A program made the position numbers and the translations under genes. The notes beneath the pieces were generated by a model, which did not search any database, was not told the origin of the DNA, and saw nothing but the letters and a program-made list of their open reading frames with translations. Source: Syntrophales bacterium (GTDB lineage Bacteria > Desulfobacterota > Syntrophia > Syntrophales > UBA2185). From it: a DNA stretch of 64,000 nucleotides. The stretch covers positions 62,818-126,817 of the forward strand of contig JBKQQP010000053.1 in assembly GCA_052144335.1 (NCBI GenBank). The letters run 5' to 3'. Positions 53,380 to 62,994 of the stretch are shown here, piece by piece (within the stretch, counting starts at the first letter, position 1; every line of letters begins with the position of its first letter).

Positions 53380-54347
53380 AGATGCGGATCAGGTTTTTTT
53401 AAGTAGTTCACCACGTAGTCTTTAACAGCGTCTTCCAATGGAGCAAAGTTGAGTGGACATCCTGTCGCAAAGAGCTTATCCATTTTTGCCTCCGTCAGAT
53501 ACTGGTATTGGTCTCGTAGCTCCGGCGGCATGTCGAAATACTCTATCTTGGGTTTCATTTCCATGGCAGAAAAAAGGGCATGGATCAGGTCATTCCATGT
53601 ACGGGCCTTGCCTGTCCCTAAGTTGAAGATGCCGTTTATCTCCGGATGTTCAAAGAGCCACCACAAAACATCGACGCAGTCTTTGACGTAGACAAAATCA
53701 CGCATCTGTCCACCATCTTTGTATTCAGATCTATAAGACTTGAAAAGCTTGACCTTTCCCGTGTCCCTGATTTGTTCAAAGGCCTTATGGACAACGCTCC
53801 GCATGTCACCCTTATGGTACTCGTTGGGACCAAAGACGTTGAAAAATTTTATGCCCACCACCTGCGTATCTACTTGTTGCCGCAGCACCCAAAGGTCGAA
53901 GACCTGTTTTGAATACCCGTACATATTCATGGGTCGGAGCGTCGGTGTTGCGGAGCTGTCATCGGAAAATCCCCGGGAGCCATCGCCATACGTGGCGGCC
54001 GAACTTGCATAGATAAAGCGAATTTTCTTCGGCAGTGCCCACTCTGCCAGCCGGCACGTATAGTGGTAGTTGTTGTCCATCAAATAGTCGGCATTACGCT
54101 CTGTTGTGGATGAACACGCCCCCATGTGGACGATGGCCCGCGGCGTGAAAGGCATCTGTTCGTTGCGGATCATCCTGAGGAAGATGTCTTTGTGTATGTA
54201 CTCAACGTAACGCCGGTTCACCAGATTCTTCCATTTGCCCGATTCGCCGAGTTCATCAACTATTAAAATGTCGTCGATTCCTTCTTCATTGAGCTTCCAT
54301 ACAAAGGCACTCCCGATGAATCCGGCACCGCCGGTGACGATAATCAT
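53376..54347 (-). CDS. hldD: ADP-L-glycero-D-manno-heptose 6-epimerase
   Basis: MIIVTGGAGFIGSAFVWKLNEEGIDDILIVDEL...ACSSTTE...YASSAATYG...YGYSK... aligns from memory with E. coli HldD (RfaD). The ATG at 54347 follows GAGGGG. The ORF-track start at 54404 overlaps the upstream gene. Confidence 0.9.
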   Translation of the reverse strand: MIIVTGGAGFIGSAFVWKLNEEGIDDILIVDELGESGKWKNLVNRRYVEYIHKDIFLRMIRNEQMPFTPRAIVHMGACSSTTERNADYLMDNNYHYTCRLAEWALPKKIRFIYASSAATYGDGSRGFSDDSSATPTLRPMNMYGYSKQVFDLWVLRQQVDTQVVGIKFFNVFGPNEYHKGDMRSVVHKAFEQIRDTGKVKLFKSYRSEYKDGGQMRDFVYVKDCVDVLWWLFEHPEINGIFNLGTGKARTWNDLIHALFSAMEMKPKIEYFDMPPELRDQYQYLTEAKMDKLFATGCPLNFAPLEDAVKDYVVNYLKKPDPHL

Positions 54348-54357
54348 AGACCCCTCT

Positions 54358-55560
54358 CTATAGACTCTTTGCTGCCTTCTCAATCCCTTCTCTGATCTTC
54401 GCAAATTTTTCTTTGGGCATTATCACTGATATATTCATGACCAGCGTACGGCCGAGGAGATCCTCCGCCCGGGGTATGGTTGATCTGTCGTAGTTAACCT
54501 TTCCTTTGTAAGACGGGTCCGTAAAAGGGTATTTTTTCGAGTTTGCTGTTGACCGCGCCAGAAAATGCTCCCAGTTGGGAAGATAGTGCCAGAGATTTTT
54601 TTTGAAGCAGACGGTATCGACTCCTTCACCAGAGAGGGCCTTCTGAAACCGCGCTGCTGTATTTTCATCAGACAGATTGAACGCCAGAAAGGTTGCCGTA
54701 TCTCCATCTGGATCTGGGATGTCCCTGAACTTAATGCCCTTGACCGCGCTGAGGACATCTTTAATCGCTTTTTTATTTTTTCTCTGCTCGGCAATAATCG
54801 TATCAAGTTTCCTCATCTGGGCAAGGCCGAGGGCGCCCTGAAGTTCATTCATGCGGTAATTAAAGCCCAGAATCGTCCGCCCTTCAAGGGCTCTGCCGAC
54901 ATTGGGGTTATGGTCATGGCCATGATCGTGGTACCACTCGGCACGGAGATAAAAATCTTTATTATCAGTCAAGACCATTCCTCCTTCGCCTGTGGTCAGG
55001 GTCTTATAGTAGTCAAAACTAAAGATGCCCATGTCGCCGAATGTTCCTAGCTTTTTCCCACGATAGCTGCCACCAGAGGCCTGGGCATTGTCTTCGAGGA
55101 CGAGGAGTTTATTCTTTCTTGCCACAGCCATGATCTTGTCAATCTGTGCCGGTGCACCGCACATGTGCACGGGGATGACGGCTTTCGTGTAGGGTGTTAT
55201 CCTCTTTTCTATATCACCAGGATCCATATTCAAGGACGCATCGATGTCGGCCGCGACGGGAAGCGCGCCGACTTCCAATACTGCCTCGTACGTGGCGATG
55301 AATGTGAAGGCCGGCACGATAACCTCGTCTCCCGGTCCTACATCCATTGCCGCCAGGGCTACTTTGAGGGCTGTGGAGCCGGATGTAACGCCCAGGGCAT
55401 ATTTTGCCCGGCAGTAGCCGGCGAACGCCTCTTCGAATTCCCGAACCTTAAAGACGCCCTTTCTTTCCTTGTCAAATCCGTATCTCATGAGGATGCCCGT
55501 TTCCATGACATCCATAATTTCTTTTATCTCTTCTTTTCCAATTAGCTCCGCACCGGCCAT
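54358..55560 (-). CDS. DegT/DnrJ/EryC1-family PLP sugar aminotransferase (KdnA-like?)
   Basis: 400 aa with TSGSTALKVAL and the PLP-Lys context FSFDYYKTLTTGEGG. Confidence 0.85.
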   Translation of the reverse strand: MAGAELIGKEEIKEIMDVMETGILMRYGFDKERKGVFKVREFEEAFAGYCRAKYALGVTSGSTALKVALAAMDVGPGDEVIVPAFTFIATYEAVLEVGALPVAADIDASLNMDPGDIEKRITPYTKAVIPVHMCGAPAQIDKIMAVARKNKLLVLEDNAQASGGSYRGKKLGTFGDMGIFSFDYYKTLTTGEGGMVLTDNKDFYLRAEWYHDHGHDHNPNVGRALEGRTILGFNYRMNELQGALGLAQMRKLDTIIAEQRKNKKAIKDVLSAVKGIKFRDIPDPDGDTATFLAFNLSDENTAARFQKALSGEGVDTVCFKKNLWHYLPNWEHFLARSTANSKKYPFTDPSYKGKVNYDRSTIPRAEDLLGRTLVMNISVIMPKEKFAKIREGIEKAAKSL

Positions 55561-55710
55561 ATAACTACCTCCACTGCCTTATTATCAACCAGCATCGATA
55601 CATGGCCACAGTTCTCTTTACCGTCATTTCTCTCTTCGCTAAGTTTCTTTGAAATCGCTTTTTATTATCTCTATACATATACATCGAAAAGATACTCTGT
55701 GGCCTTTCGC

Positions 55711-56871
55711 TTAATATGCCTCTCCGTATATGTCTATGGCATCCTCTATCGTTAATTTCCGGGGATTGTTCTCCAAGGGCCTTAGAACAGTCATTGCCAC
55801 CTCGGCAAGCTCCGGCAGGGCCTCCTCGGGTATACTCAAGTCCTCCAGGGTAGTGTAGATGCCGCAATCTTCGATCAGGGCCTGCACCGCTTCTACGGCC
55901 ATGAACGCGGCTTCGCGCAGCGGCAGCGCATCGATGACCTCTCCCATCGTTTCGGCGATGATGGCAAATTTGTCGAGGGCTCCCGGCAAATTGAAGGCCA
56001 TCACATGCGGCAGCATGATGGTGTTCGCGAGCCCATGAGAGACACCGTATTTCCCGCCGAGTGGATAGGAGAGCGAATGAACAGCGCCTACCCCGGCGTT
56101 AGCGAGCCCCAAGCCCGCATAAAGACTTCCCAGGAGCATATTTCCCCTTGCCTCGAGATTGCTGCCGTCATGGACGCATGTGCGGAGATTCGACGAAATC
56201 AAATAGATTGCCTCCAGGGAAAGTAGTTCACTCATAGGAGAGGCATTAATAGATATGTAGGATTCTATGGCGTGACAGAGTGCGTCTATTCCTGTTGACG
56301 CAGTGGAAACAGAAGGGAGAGAGAGTGTAAGGGTCGGATCGAGGATCGCAAGCTCAGGATAAAGGTGTGGGCTATTCATCCCTTCTTTTTTCTTCAAATT
56401 CTGTCTGACAAAAACAGCCGTAAAGGTGACCTCGCTTCCCGTTCCTGCCGTGGTAGGGATCATGATCTTGGGAAGCCCCGGCCCGGGAACTTTGTTTAGC
56501 CCTAAATAATCCTTAGCCCTGCCGTTATTGGCTGCCAGGACGGCAACGGCCTTTGCCACATCCATGGCGCTTCCGCCGCCGATGCCGACGACGATGTCAC
56601 ATTTCCCCTTCTGGGCCGCCTTGACCCCCTCATCGGCTACCTCAAGCCTTGGCTCGGCTTCAACCTTCTGATCGAACAGAGTCGCCTTCAGACCGCCGTC
56701 ACCAAGGATATCCAAAAGTCTTCCTTTGAGGTCTGTCTTGGCTAGATTCCTATCGAGGACAATGAGGGGACGGCTCGCCTTCAGTTCACGAACATGCTCT
56801 GCGACAGACTCCAAGGCACCATTGCCAAATATAATCTTCTTGGCGCCCGTGAAGGAGAAATTCTTATACAT
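55711..56871 (-). CDS. iron-containing alcohol dehydrogenase family protein (KdnB-like?)
   Basis: MYKNFSFTGAKKIIFGNGAL..., GIGGGSAMDVAKA, and His-rich metal-site contexts. The ATG at 56871 follows GGGGGTG. The ORF-track start is 56895. Confidence 0.85.
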   Translation of the reverse strand: MYKNFSFTGAKKIIFGNGALESVAEHVRELKASRPLIVLDRNLAKTDLKGRLLDILGDGGLKATLFDQKVEAEPRLEVADEGVKAAQKGKCDIVVGIGGGSAMDVAKAVAVLAANNGRAKDYLGLNKVPGPGLPKIMIPTTAGTGSEVTFTAVFVRQNLKKKEGMNSPHLYPELAILDPTLTLSLPSVSTASTGIDALCHAIESYISINASPMSELLSLEAIYLISSNLRTCVHDGSNLEARGNMLLGSLYAGLGLANAGVGAVHSLSYPLGGKYGVSHGLANTIMLPHVMAFNLPGALDKFAIIAETMGEVIDALPLREAAFMAVEAVQALIEDCGIYTTLEDLSIPEEALPELAEVAMTVLRPLENNPRKLTIEDAIDIYGEAY

Positions 56872-56923
56872 GATTGCACCCCCATGGAATTTCAATGAGT
56901 AATAAGTTTCTGTCGATGGAAAG

Positions 56924-57661
56924 TCAAGTCTTTTTGTTTTTCAGATACCAGTCTAACTGCCGACAGATACCCCTGATAATCTTCACTTCCTTGGAGAAGA
57001 GATTTGTCCTGGAAAGGAAACGGCGGATATGCATCATCCAGAAATCCGGGTTCTCCGGATTCAGAAAGCCGATCTTCATCAATATCTCCCTTATATGTTC
57101 ATACATCCCTTCGAGCTCTGCCGATTGGGCAAGACGAGGTGTAAATGCCTCCAGGGATTCCATAGGGGCCACAAATATCTCATAGCAGAGAATCATCACC
57201 GCATGAGATAGGTTGATAGATTTGTTATATCTGGAGGTGGGTATGGTTACCAAGAGGTGGCAGAACCGCAGATCGTCGTTCGACAATCCTGTATCCTCCG
57301 GCCCGATGAGGAGCGCCACTTCATTCTCCTGTGATATATCCACGATGCGTGCCGCCATCTCTCGGGGAGAAACAACTGGGCCTCGCGCAGAGCCGCGTCT
57401 CGATGTTGCTCCGACGATATACTGAAATCGCGCCAAGGCATCGTCCAAGGCATCGAAATATTGAATATGGTCGACAATTCCGGCAGCAAAATGGGTGGCC
57501 ATCTGTTTCATCTGCGCAGGGGCAAGGTCTCTATTACCTACTACGGAGATTCTTTCGATTCCCATGTTTCTCGCACACCTCGCCACGGACCCGACATTGC
57601 CCGGATATTTCGGCTTGTTCAGAACGATGGTGATATGTTCAGTTTTCGCTCTTTTCCGCAT
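56924..57661 (-). CDS. SpoU/TrmH-class RNA 2'-O-methyltransferase (TrmJ/LasT-like)
   Basis: 245 aa with IVLNKPKYPGNVGSVARCARNMG and LLIGPEDTGLSNDDL. Confidence 0.8.
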   Translation of the reverse strand: MRKRAKTEHITIVLNKPKYPGNVGSVARCARNMGIERISVVGNRDLAPAQMKQMATHFAAGIVDHIQYFDALDDALARFQYIVGATSRRGSARGPVVSPREMAARIVDISQENEVALLIGPEDTGLSNDDLRFCHLLVTIPTSRYNKSINLSHAVMILCYEIFVAPMESLEAFTPRLAQSAELEGMYEHIREILMKIGFLNPENPDFWMMHIRRFLSRTNLFSKEVKIIRGICRQLDWYLKNKKT

Positions 57662-57798
57662 CTTCCTTTTAACTCTGTTGCATTTATTAGATAATGAATA
57701 TTATTTCTACTAAAAAATTGCACGGAAATCAGTTCAGACGATTCGAACCAGGATAAGAAAAGATTGACATGCCCAGCCACCTCTGAAAGAAGTAACCA

Positions 57799-58467
57799 AT
57801 GGAAAAGAGTGTATCGCAAATATTTTCCGAGGCTGCAAACACGATGGGGATAGCCCTTGGAGACAGGGAAACATCCATGTTCACAATCTATTACCATGAG
57901 CTTGTTGCCTGGAACAAAAAGATAAGCCTGATCTCCACGAAATCAGAACGGGACATTATCATAAAACATTTCATTGACTCTTTAACGCTGTTGCCGTATA
58001 TCAAATCTGAAACCTGTCGGGTTCTCGATATCGGCTCAGGAGCCGGATTCCCCGGTATCCCTTTAAAGATCGCGGTAAATTCACTGAAGGTCTTCCTCCT
58101 TGAGTCATCAAGAAAAAAATCGTCTTTTCTGAAGCATGTGATCCGGAGTTTGGGCCTCGCAGATACCGTGGTCATCCACGACCGAGCCGAATTTCTGATG
58201 GAAGACGAAACCTGCAAAGATTTTTACCAGGTGGTCACATCCAGGGCTGCATTTAAACTGCCACAGTTCCTCCGAATGGGCGCATTTTTTCTCGCCCCGA
58301 AAGGTTCCTTGATAGCAATGAAAGGGAAAATATCCGATCAAGAACTGACAGATGCCGCCGGGATATCTCGTAGGCTGGGATTAGAATACACCGGCAGCCA
58401 TGATTTGACGTTGCCTATAACCGGTGATTTTCGAAGAATTATAATTTATGAAAAACTTTCTTTATAA
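57799..58467 (+). CDS. rsmG: 16S rRNA (guanine527-N7)-methyltransferase
   Basis: 222 aa with VLDIGSGAGFPGIPLKI. It is positioned before parAB, as is typical for gidB. Confidence 0.9.
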   Translation: MEKSVSQIFSEAANTMGIALGDRETSMFTIYYHELVAWNKKISLISTKSERDIIIKHFIDSLTLLPYIKSETCRVLDIGSGAGFPGIPLKIAVNSLKVFLLESSRKKSSFLKHVIRSLGLADTVVIHDRAEFLMEDETCKDFYQVVTSRAAFKLPQFLRMGAFFLAPKGSLIAMKGKISDQELTDAAGISRRLGLEYTGSHDLTLPITGDFRRIIIYEKLSL

Positions 58468-58557
58468 GGTAAATATTCCTTCTAAAGATTCGTGTTTTAT
58501 GCTAACGTTTCTCCAAAATTTGCGTATCAAAATGCCGGTTGTGTGCTTTGCTAAATC

Positions 58558-59328
58558 ATGCGTAAAATCATATGCATAGCGAATCAAAAGGGGGGGGTCG
58601 GCAAGACAACCACTGCCATAAATCTTGCCGCAACTCTGGCAGCGGCGGAAAAGAGGACCCTGCTCATCGACTGCGATTCTCAGGGCAATGCTTCGAGCGG
58701 CATGGGCATCGATAGGGAAACAATCAGCAAGAAAAATCTTTATCATTCTCTCATCGGTAGGGTTCCCTTAAAAGAGGTGATTATTGGCACCCAGTTGCCC
58801 TATCTTGACGTGGCGCCTGCCAACCAGGATTTGATAGGGATCGAGGTGGAATTCGTAAATCTCGAAGACAGGGAGAAAAAACTCCGCGATCTGTTGAAGA
58901 GCCTTGATACTGCGTATGACTACATCATCATCGATTGTCCGCCATCTCTCGGATTCTTGACGGTAAATGCCCTTGTTGCATCTGATTCCGTTATCATCCC
59001 TCTGCAGTGTGAATATTTTGCTATGGAGGGCCTCGGATATCTGCTCAATACTGTCAAGCTTATTAAAGCACGGCTGAATCCATCCTTGTCTCTGGGAGGC
59101 ATTCTGCTCACTATGTTTGATACGAGAAATTCGCTGTCCCACAGGGTGAGCGAGGATGTGAGAAGGCATCTGGGGGGGAAAGTTTTTAATACGATTATAC
59201 CGAGAAACGTCAGATTATCGGAAAGTCCGAGTCATGGCCTCCCCATTATTCTCTATGATATTAAATCCCGCGGCGCTGTTTCCTACATGGACCTCGCTCG
59301 AGAAATCCTGGTAAACGGGAGGATTTAG
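58558..59328 (+). CDS. parA: chromosome partitioning ATPase ParA/Soj
   Basis: 256 aa with the deviant Walker A IANQKGGVGKTTTAINLAA. Confidence 0.9.
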   Translation: MRKIICIANQKGGVGKTTTAINLAATLAAAEKRTLLIDCDSQGNASSGMGIDRETISKKNLYHSLIGRVPLKEVIIGTQLPYLDVAPANQDLIGIEVEFVNLEDREKKLRDLLKSLDTAYDYIIIDCPPSLGFLTVNALVASDSVIIPLQCEYFAMEGLGYLLNTVKLIKARLNPSLSLGGILLTMFDTRNSLSHRVSEDVRRHLGGKVFNTIIPRNVRLSESPSHGLPIILYDIKSRGAVSYMDLAREILVNGRI

Positions 59329-60201
59329 ATGCAGCCAAAAAGTTCCCTCGGCAAGGGTCTAGGTGCATTGTTCCCTGACCTGCTTGATAATGTCAGCACT
59401 AGACCTGCGTACATTGTATGCGGAATTGAAGAGCTTTCCCCCAACCGATTCCAAGCCCGCAAGGATTTCAGCGACAGCGAACAGAAAAAACTCGTCGCAT
59501 CCATAAAGAAGAATGGCATTATTCAGCCCATCGTTGTGCGGAGATCCGATTCGGGATATGAGATCATAGCCGGAGAGAGACGCTGGCGGGCCGCTCAGGA
59601 AGCAGGCCTCAAGGAAGTGCCGGTTATTATCAGGGAGGCTGCCGACGAGGCGGCGGCAGAATTGTCTCTCTTAGAAAACCTGCTGCGTGAAAATTTGAAT
59701 CCTCTCGAAGAGGCCGAGGCTTACCAGACTCTTATCAATAAGTTCAGCCTGTCGCAGGAGGAGGTCTCTGCCAGGGTGGGAAAGGATCGCTCAACCGTTG
59801 CCAACACATTAAGGTTGCTAAAACTACCCCGGGAAATCAGGTTGGCCCTGATTAATAAGACCATTAGTCCCGGGCATGCGAGATCCATACTCATGCTTAA
59901 TTCGCCCGGGGAACAGATTAGATTCCTCAATCTCATCATGAAAAAGGCTCTCAGCGTCCGGGAAACTGAAGGCCTGATTCAAAAATTGAGAAAAACGCCC
60001 TCGGAAAAAAAGATCAATAAAAAGGACCAGTTCCTTCTCGATATTGAAGAAGAGCTTTCTTCAACGCTGATGACAGAGATTCATATTCGTCAGCGCAAGA
60101 ATAAGGGGTCAATAGATATTAAGTTTAAGACAGCGGAAGAACTGAATAGACTCGTGACATTACTGATGAATGCCGTCGACAGTAAACGAATTTCCAGGTA
60201 A
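59329..60201 (+). CDS. parB: chromosome partitioning protein ParB/Spo0J
   Basis: 290 aa with IQPIVVR and IIAGERRWRAAQEAGL, plus an HTH region. Confidence 0.9.
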   Translation: MQPKSSLGKGLGALFPDLLDNVSTRPAYIVCGIEELSPNRFQARKDFSDSEQKKLVASIKKNGIIQPIVVRRSDSGYEIIAGERRWRAAQEAGLKEVPVIIREAADEAAAELSLLENLLRENLNPLEEAEAYQTLINKFSLSQEEVSARVGKDRSTVANTLRLLKLPREIRLALINKTISPGHARSILMLNSPGEQIRFLNLIMKKALSVRETEGLIQKLRKTPSEKKINKKDQFLLDIEEELSSTLMTEIHIRQRKNKGSIDIKFKTAEELNRLVTLLMNAVDSKRISR

Positions 60202-60207
60202 ACTGAT

Positions 60208-60239
60208 TTATCAACAGGTGTTGACAACGTTGTTTATAA
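60208..60239. promoter_or_regulatory. three DnaA-box-like 9-mers upstream of dnaA
   Basis: TTATCAACA (60208-60216) matches TTATCCACA at 8/9. TGTTGACAA (60219-60227, reverse complement TTGTCAACA) matches at 7/9. TGTTTATAA (60231-60239, reverse complement TTATAAACA) matches at 7/9. Confidence 0.4.
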
Positions 60240-60250
60240 GGTGATTAGTA

Positions 60251-61606
60251 GTGGACATGCTTTGGGAAAAGAGTATTCAAATCATTAAAGAAAAGGTCAG
60301 TCCACAGAACTTCGAGACGTGGATTAGGCCCGTCAAAATGTCTTCTCTGGAGGGGAACAATGTTACCCTGAATGTTCCCAATAAGTTTTTCAAAGACTGG
60401 CTTATAGAAAACTACCACCATGTCATCAAGGAGGCCATCGCTAAGGTGGCGGGAATCGACCTCAAGGTAGAACTTCAGATAGGCCAGGAAATGAAAAAGA
60501 GCCAAACTTCTGTTCGCCGTCATGGAGAACATCAGGAAAAGGCTCGCTCTCAGAGCAAGCGCGTCCGCTCAGGGATTAATCAGTCCTTGAATCCTCATTA
60601 CAGTTTTGAAAGATTTGTAGTAGGGCCTTGCAACCAATTCGCTCATGCCGCATCCGTATCTGTAGCGGAACAGCCTGCGAAGAATTATAATCCCTTGTTT
60701 ATCTATGGCGGAGTTGGTCTCGGAAAAACACATCTGCTTAATGCCATCGGACTCCGTGCGCTGTCGCGCCATCCAGACATGAACGTCGTGTATGTCTCAG
60801 CAGAAGAATTCATGAACGAATTGATTAACTCGATCAGGTACGACAGGATGCCGAAGTTCAGAGAGAAATACAGAAACATTGACTGTCTTCTGATTGATGA
60901 CATTCAGTTTGTTGCCGGGAAGGAAAAAACGCAGGAGGAATTTTTTCATACCTTTAATACGCTGCACGATTCCGGCAAGCAGATCGTCGTCTCGAGTGAC
61001 AAGTTCCCCAAGGACATACCGAATATGGAAAACAGGTTGCGTTCAAGGTTCGAGTGGGGCCTTATCGCCGATATTCATCCTCCGGAAATTGAGACGAAAA
61101 TCGCCATCCTGGAAAAAAAGGCTCAGGAAAATAATCTGACCCTGCCGACTAACGTGGCGCATTATGTAGCATCCCAAGTGGAATCAAATATCAGGGAACT
61201 TGAGGGTTATCTCATAAGAATTTCCGCTTTCTCCTCTCTCACGGGTAAAGAAATTGATATAAACCTTACCAAAGAAGTCTTAAAAAGGATTCTGAAGAGA
61301 ATTGAAAAGGAAGAAGTCACAATTGAGGAAATTATAAAAGCCATAGCCGCGAAACTCAATGTTAAGATATCAGACATCAAATCACAGAAGAAGAATAAGA
61401 ATCTTGTATTTGCGAGACAGATTGCCATGTATCTTGCCAGAAAGTTAACTGCCTTATCATTCCCCGACATCGGGGAAAAAATAGGCGGCAGGGACCATTC
61501 TACGGTCATTTATGCAAACAATAAGATGAAGAAAGGTTGTGACGAAGATAGAAATCTAAAAAAAATCATCCAGGAAATTGAGGAGGCATTGCAACAGAGA
61601 GGTTAA
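60251..61606 (+). CDS. dnaA: chromosomal replication initiator DnaA
   Basis: 451 aa with NPLFIYGGVGLGKTHLLNAIG, LLIDDIQF, and the C-terminal DNA-binding region with DHSTVIYA. The start is a GTG at 60251, 7 nt after AAGGTGA. Confidence 0.95.
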   Translation: MDMLWEKSIQIIKEKVSPQNFETWIRPVKMSSLEGNNVTLNVPNKFFKDWLIENYHHVIKEAIAKVAGIDLKVELQIGQEMKKSQTSVRRHGEHQEKARSQSKRVRSGINQSLNPHYSFERFVVGPCNQFAHAASVSVAEQPAKNYNPLFIYGGVGLGKTHLLNAIGLRALSRHPDMNVVYVSAEEFMNELINSIRYDRMPKFREKYRNIDCLLIDDIQFVAGKEKTQEEFFHTFNTLHDSGKQIVVSSDKFPKDIPNMENRLRSRFEWGLIADIHPPEIETKIAILEKKAQENNLTLPTNVAHYVASQVESNIRELEGYLIRISAFSSLTGKEIDINLTKEVLKRILKRIEKEEVTIEEIIKAIAAKLNVKISDIKSQKKNKNLVFARQIAMYLARKLTALSFPDIGEKIGGRDHSTVIYANNKMKKGCDEDRNLKKIIQEIEEALQQRG

Positions 61607-61756
61607 CAACATTTGTCCTCACAGGTTATCAACAACAATGTTTGGTCTATCTTCGCGGGACAATAGAAGTAAGTACACGTATGAACAATCACAACAGGGA
61701 CTATTACTATGACTATTATATTTAATAAATAATATAACTTAAAATATAGGGAGGGT
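61607..61756. other. candidate oriC segment (dnaA-dnaN intergenic)
   Basis: A TTATCAACA box lies at 61626-61634. Around 61700-61748 there is a roughly 85% A+T tract (ctattactatgactattatatttaataaataatataacttaaaatata) containing the repeated CTATTA. Confidence 0.4.
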
Positions 61757-61762
61757 ATGGTA

Positions 61763-62887
61763 ATGAAATTTAATATACTAAGAGATTCTTTCTTGGAAGG
61801 TATCCAAAAGACGCTCAGCATCGTGGAGAAAAAAACAACCATGCCGATCCTCAATAATGTTCTAATCAGGGCGGAAAAAAATAAAATAACAATTGTGGCA
61901 ACCGACAGGGAGATAGGATTGGTTGCAGACTATGAAGCAGAAATCATAAGTAAAGGCGATGTTACTATTTCTGCAAGAAAACTCTATGAAATGATCAGAG
62001 AGATCGAGGGCGATACTGTTCAGTTTGAAGCAAACGAGAGCCACAGGGTAACACTGACATCTCAGAAAATAATCTATAAAATACCCGGCTTACCTGCAGA
62101 TGATTTTCCCAGCGTTGCTGATGGCCGCAGTGAATTGAATTTTTATAAGATCAAAGGATGCTTGATTGAAAGATTAATTCGTAAGACATCCTTCGCCATG
62201 TCGGCCGATGAAATGAGGAAGAATTTGAACGGTGTTTTTTTTGAAACTATAAACGACGGAGACAAGAATAAGCTACGCATGATCGCAACGGATGGTCATC
62301 GCCTGGCTATGGCTAATGTGGACACAGAAGGGACGGAGTTCTTAAAGATGGAAAAGGGAGTTATAATTCCCAGAAAAGGATTGGGTGAAATAAGAAGGCT
62401 CATCGAAAGTGCACCGGAGGATGTCTTCGTAGGGGTGCGTCAAGGAATGTGCGTCATCAAAACGGACAGCACCATGTTAAAGGTTAGCTTGGTAGATGCG
62501 GATTATCCGGACTATAAGCGGGTTATACCCACGGAGAAAGGGGTCCTCGTGCGATTTGATAAAGACACAATTCTGCATGCCTTAAGAAGGATGAGTGTCA
62601 TCTCAAGCGAAAGATACAGTGGTGTTATAATCAAATTAGAAAATGGCAGAATGGTGTTGGAATCGGCAAATCCGGATGTGGGAGAAGCCAAAGACGAACT
62701 TGAAGTAGACTATCACGACAGTGAGTTCTCTGTAGGTTATAACGTCAAATACTTGATTGATGCCATAGAGGTGATCGATGAGAAAAAGGTCATCTTTGAA
62801 ATAGGGGCGGGCATGAAGCCGGGCATTATAAAGCCGGCTGAGAACGATGATTACCTGTGTATTGTCATGCCGCTGAAGCTTCAATGA
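61763..62887 (+). CDS. dnaN: DNA polymerase III beta sliding clamp
   Basis: MKFNILRDSFLEGIQKTLSIVEKKTTMPILNNVLI... The ATG at 61763 lies 7 nt after AGGGAGGG. The ORF-track ATG at 61757 is too close to the SD. Confidence 0.95.
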   Translation: MKFNILRDSFLEGIQKTLSIVEKKTTMPILNNVLIRAEKNKITIVATDREIGLVADYEAEIISKGDVTISARKLYEMIREIEGDTVQFEANESHRVTLTSQKIIYKIPGLPADDFPSVADGRSELNFYKIKGCLIERLIRKTSFAMSADEMRKNLNGVFFETINDGDKNKLRMIATDGHRLAMANVDTEGTEFLKMEKGVIIPRKGLGEIRRLIESAPEDVFVGVRQGMCVIKTDSTMLKVSLVDADYPDYKRVIPTEKGVLVRFDKDTILHALRRMSVISSERYSGVIIKLENGRMVLESANPDVGEAKDELEVDYHDSEFSVGYNVKYLIDAIEVIDEKKVIFEIGAGMKPGIIKPAENDDYLCIVMPLKLQ

Positions 62888-62994
62888 GAGATGGCATGTG
62901 CCGTGGCAATCCCGGAGACTGCCTCGTGCAGCCCGCCTCGCAGTGACAAAGAGCAGGAAAGCATTTTGGAAGAAGTGGAAGGAATAAGGAAAAT

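Noticed and set aside
57662-60250. Search for a consensus parS site (TGTTTCACGTGAAACA) near parAB, and for extra DnaA boxes in the AT-rich trmJ/rsmG and rsmG/parA spacers.
   Set aside because: I found no convincing match by eye. A degenerate site may exist but needs a PWM scan.
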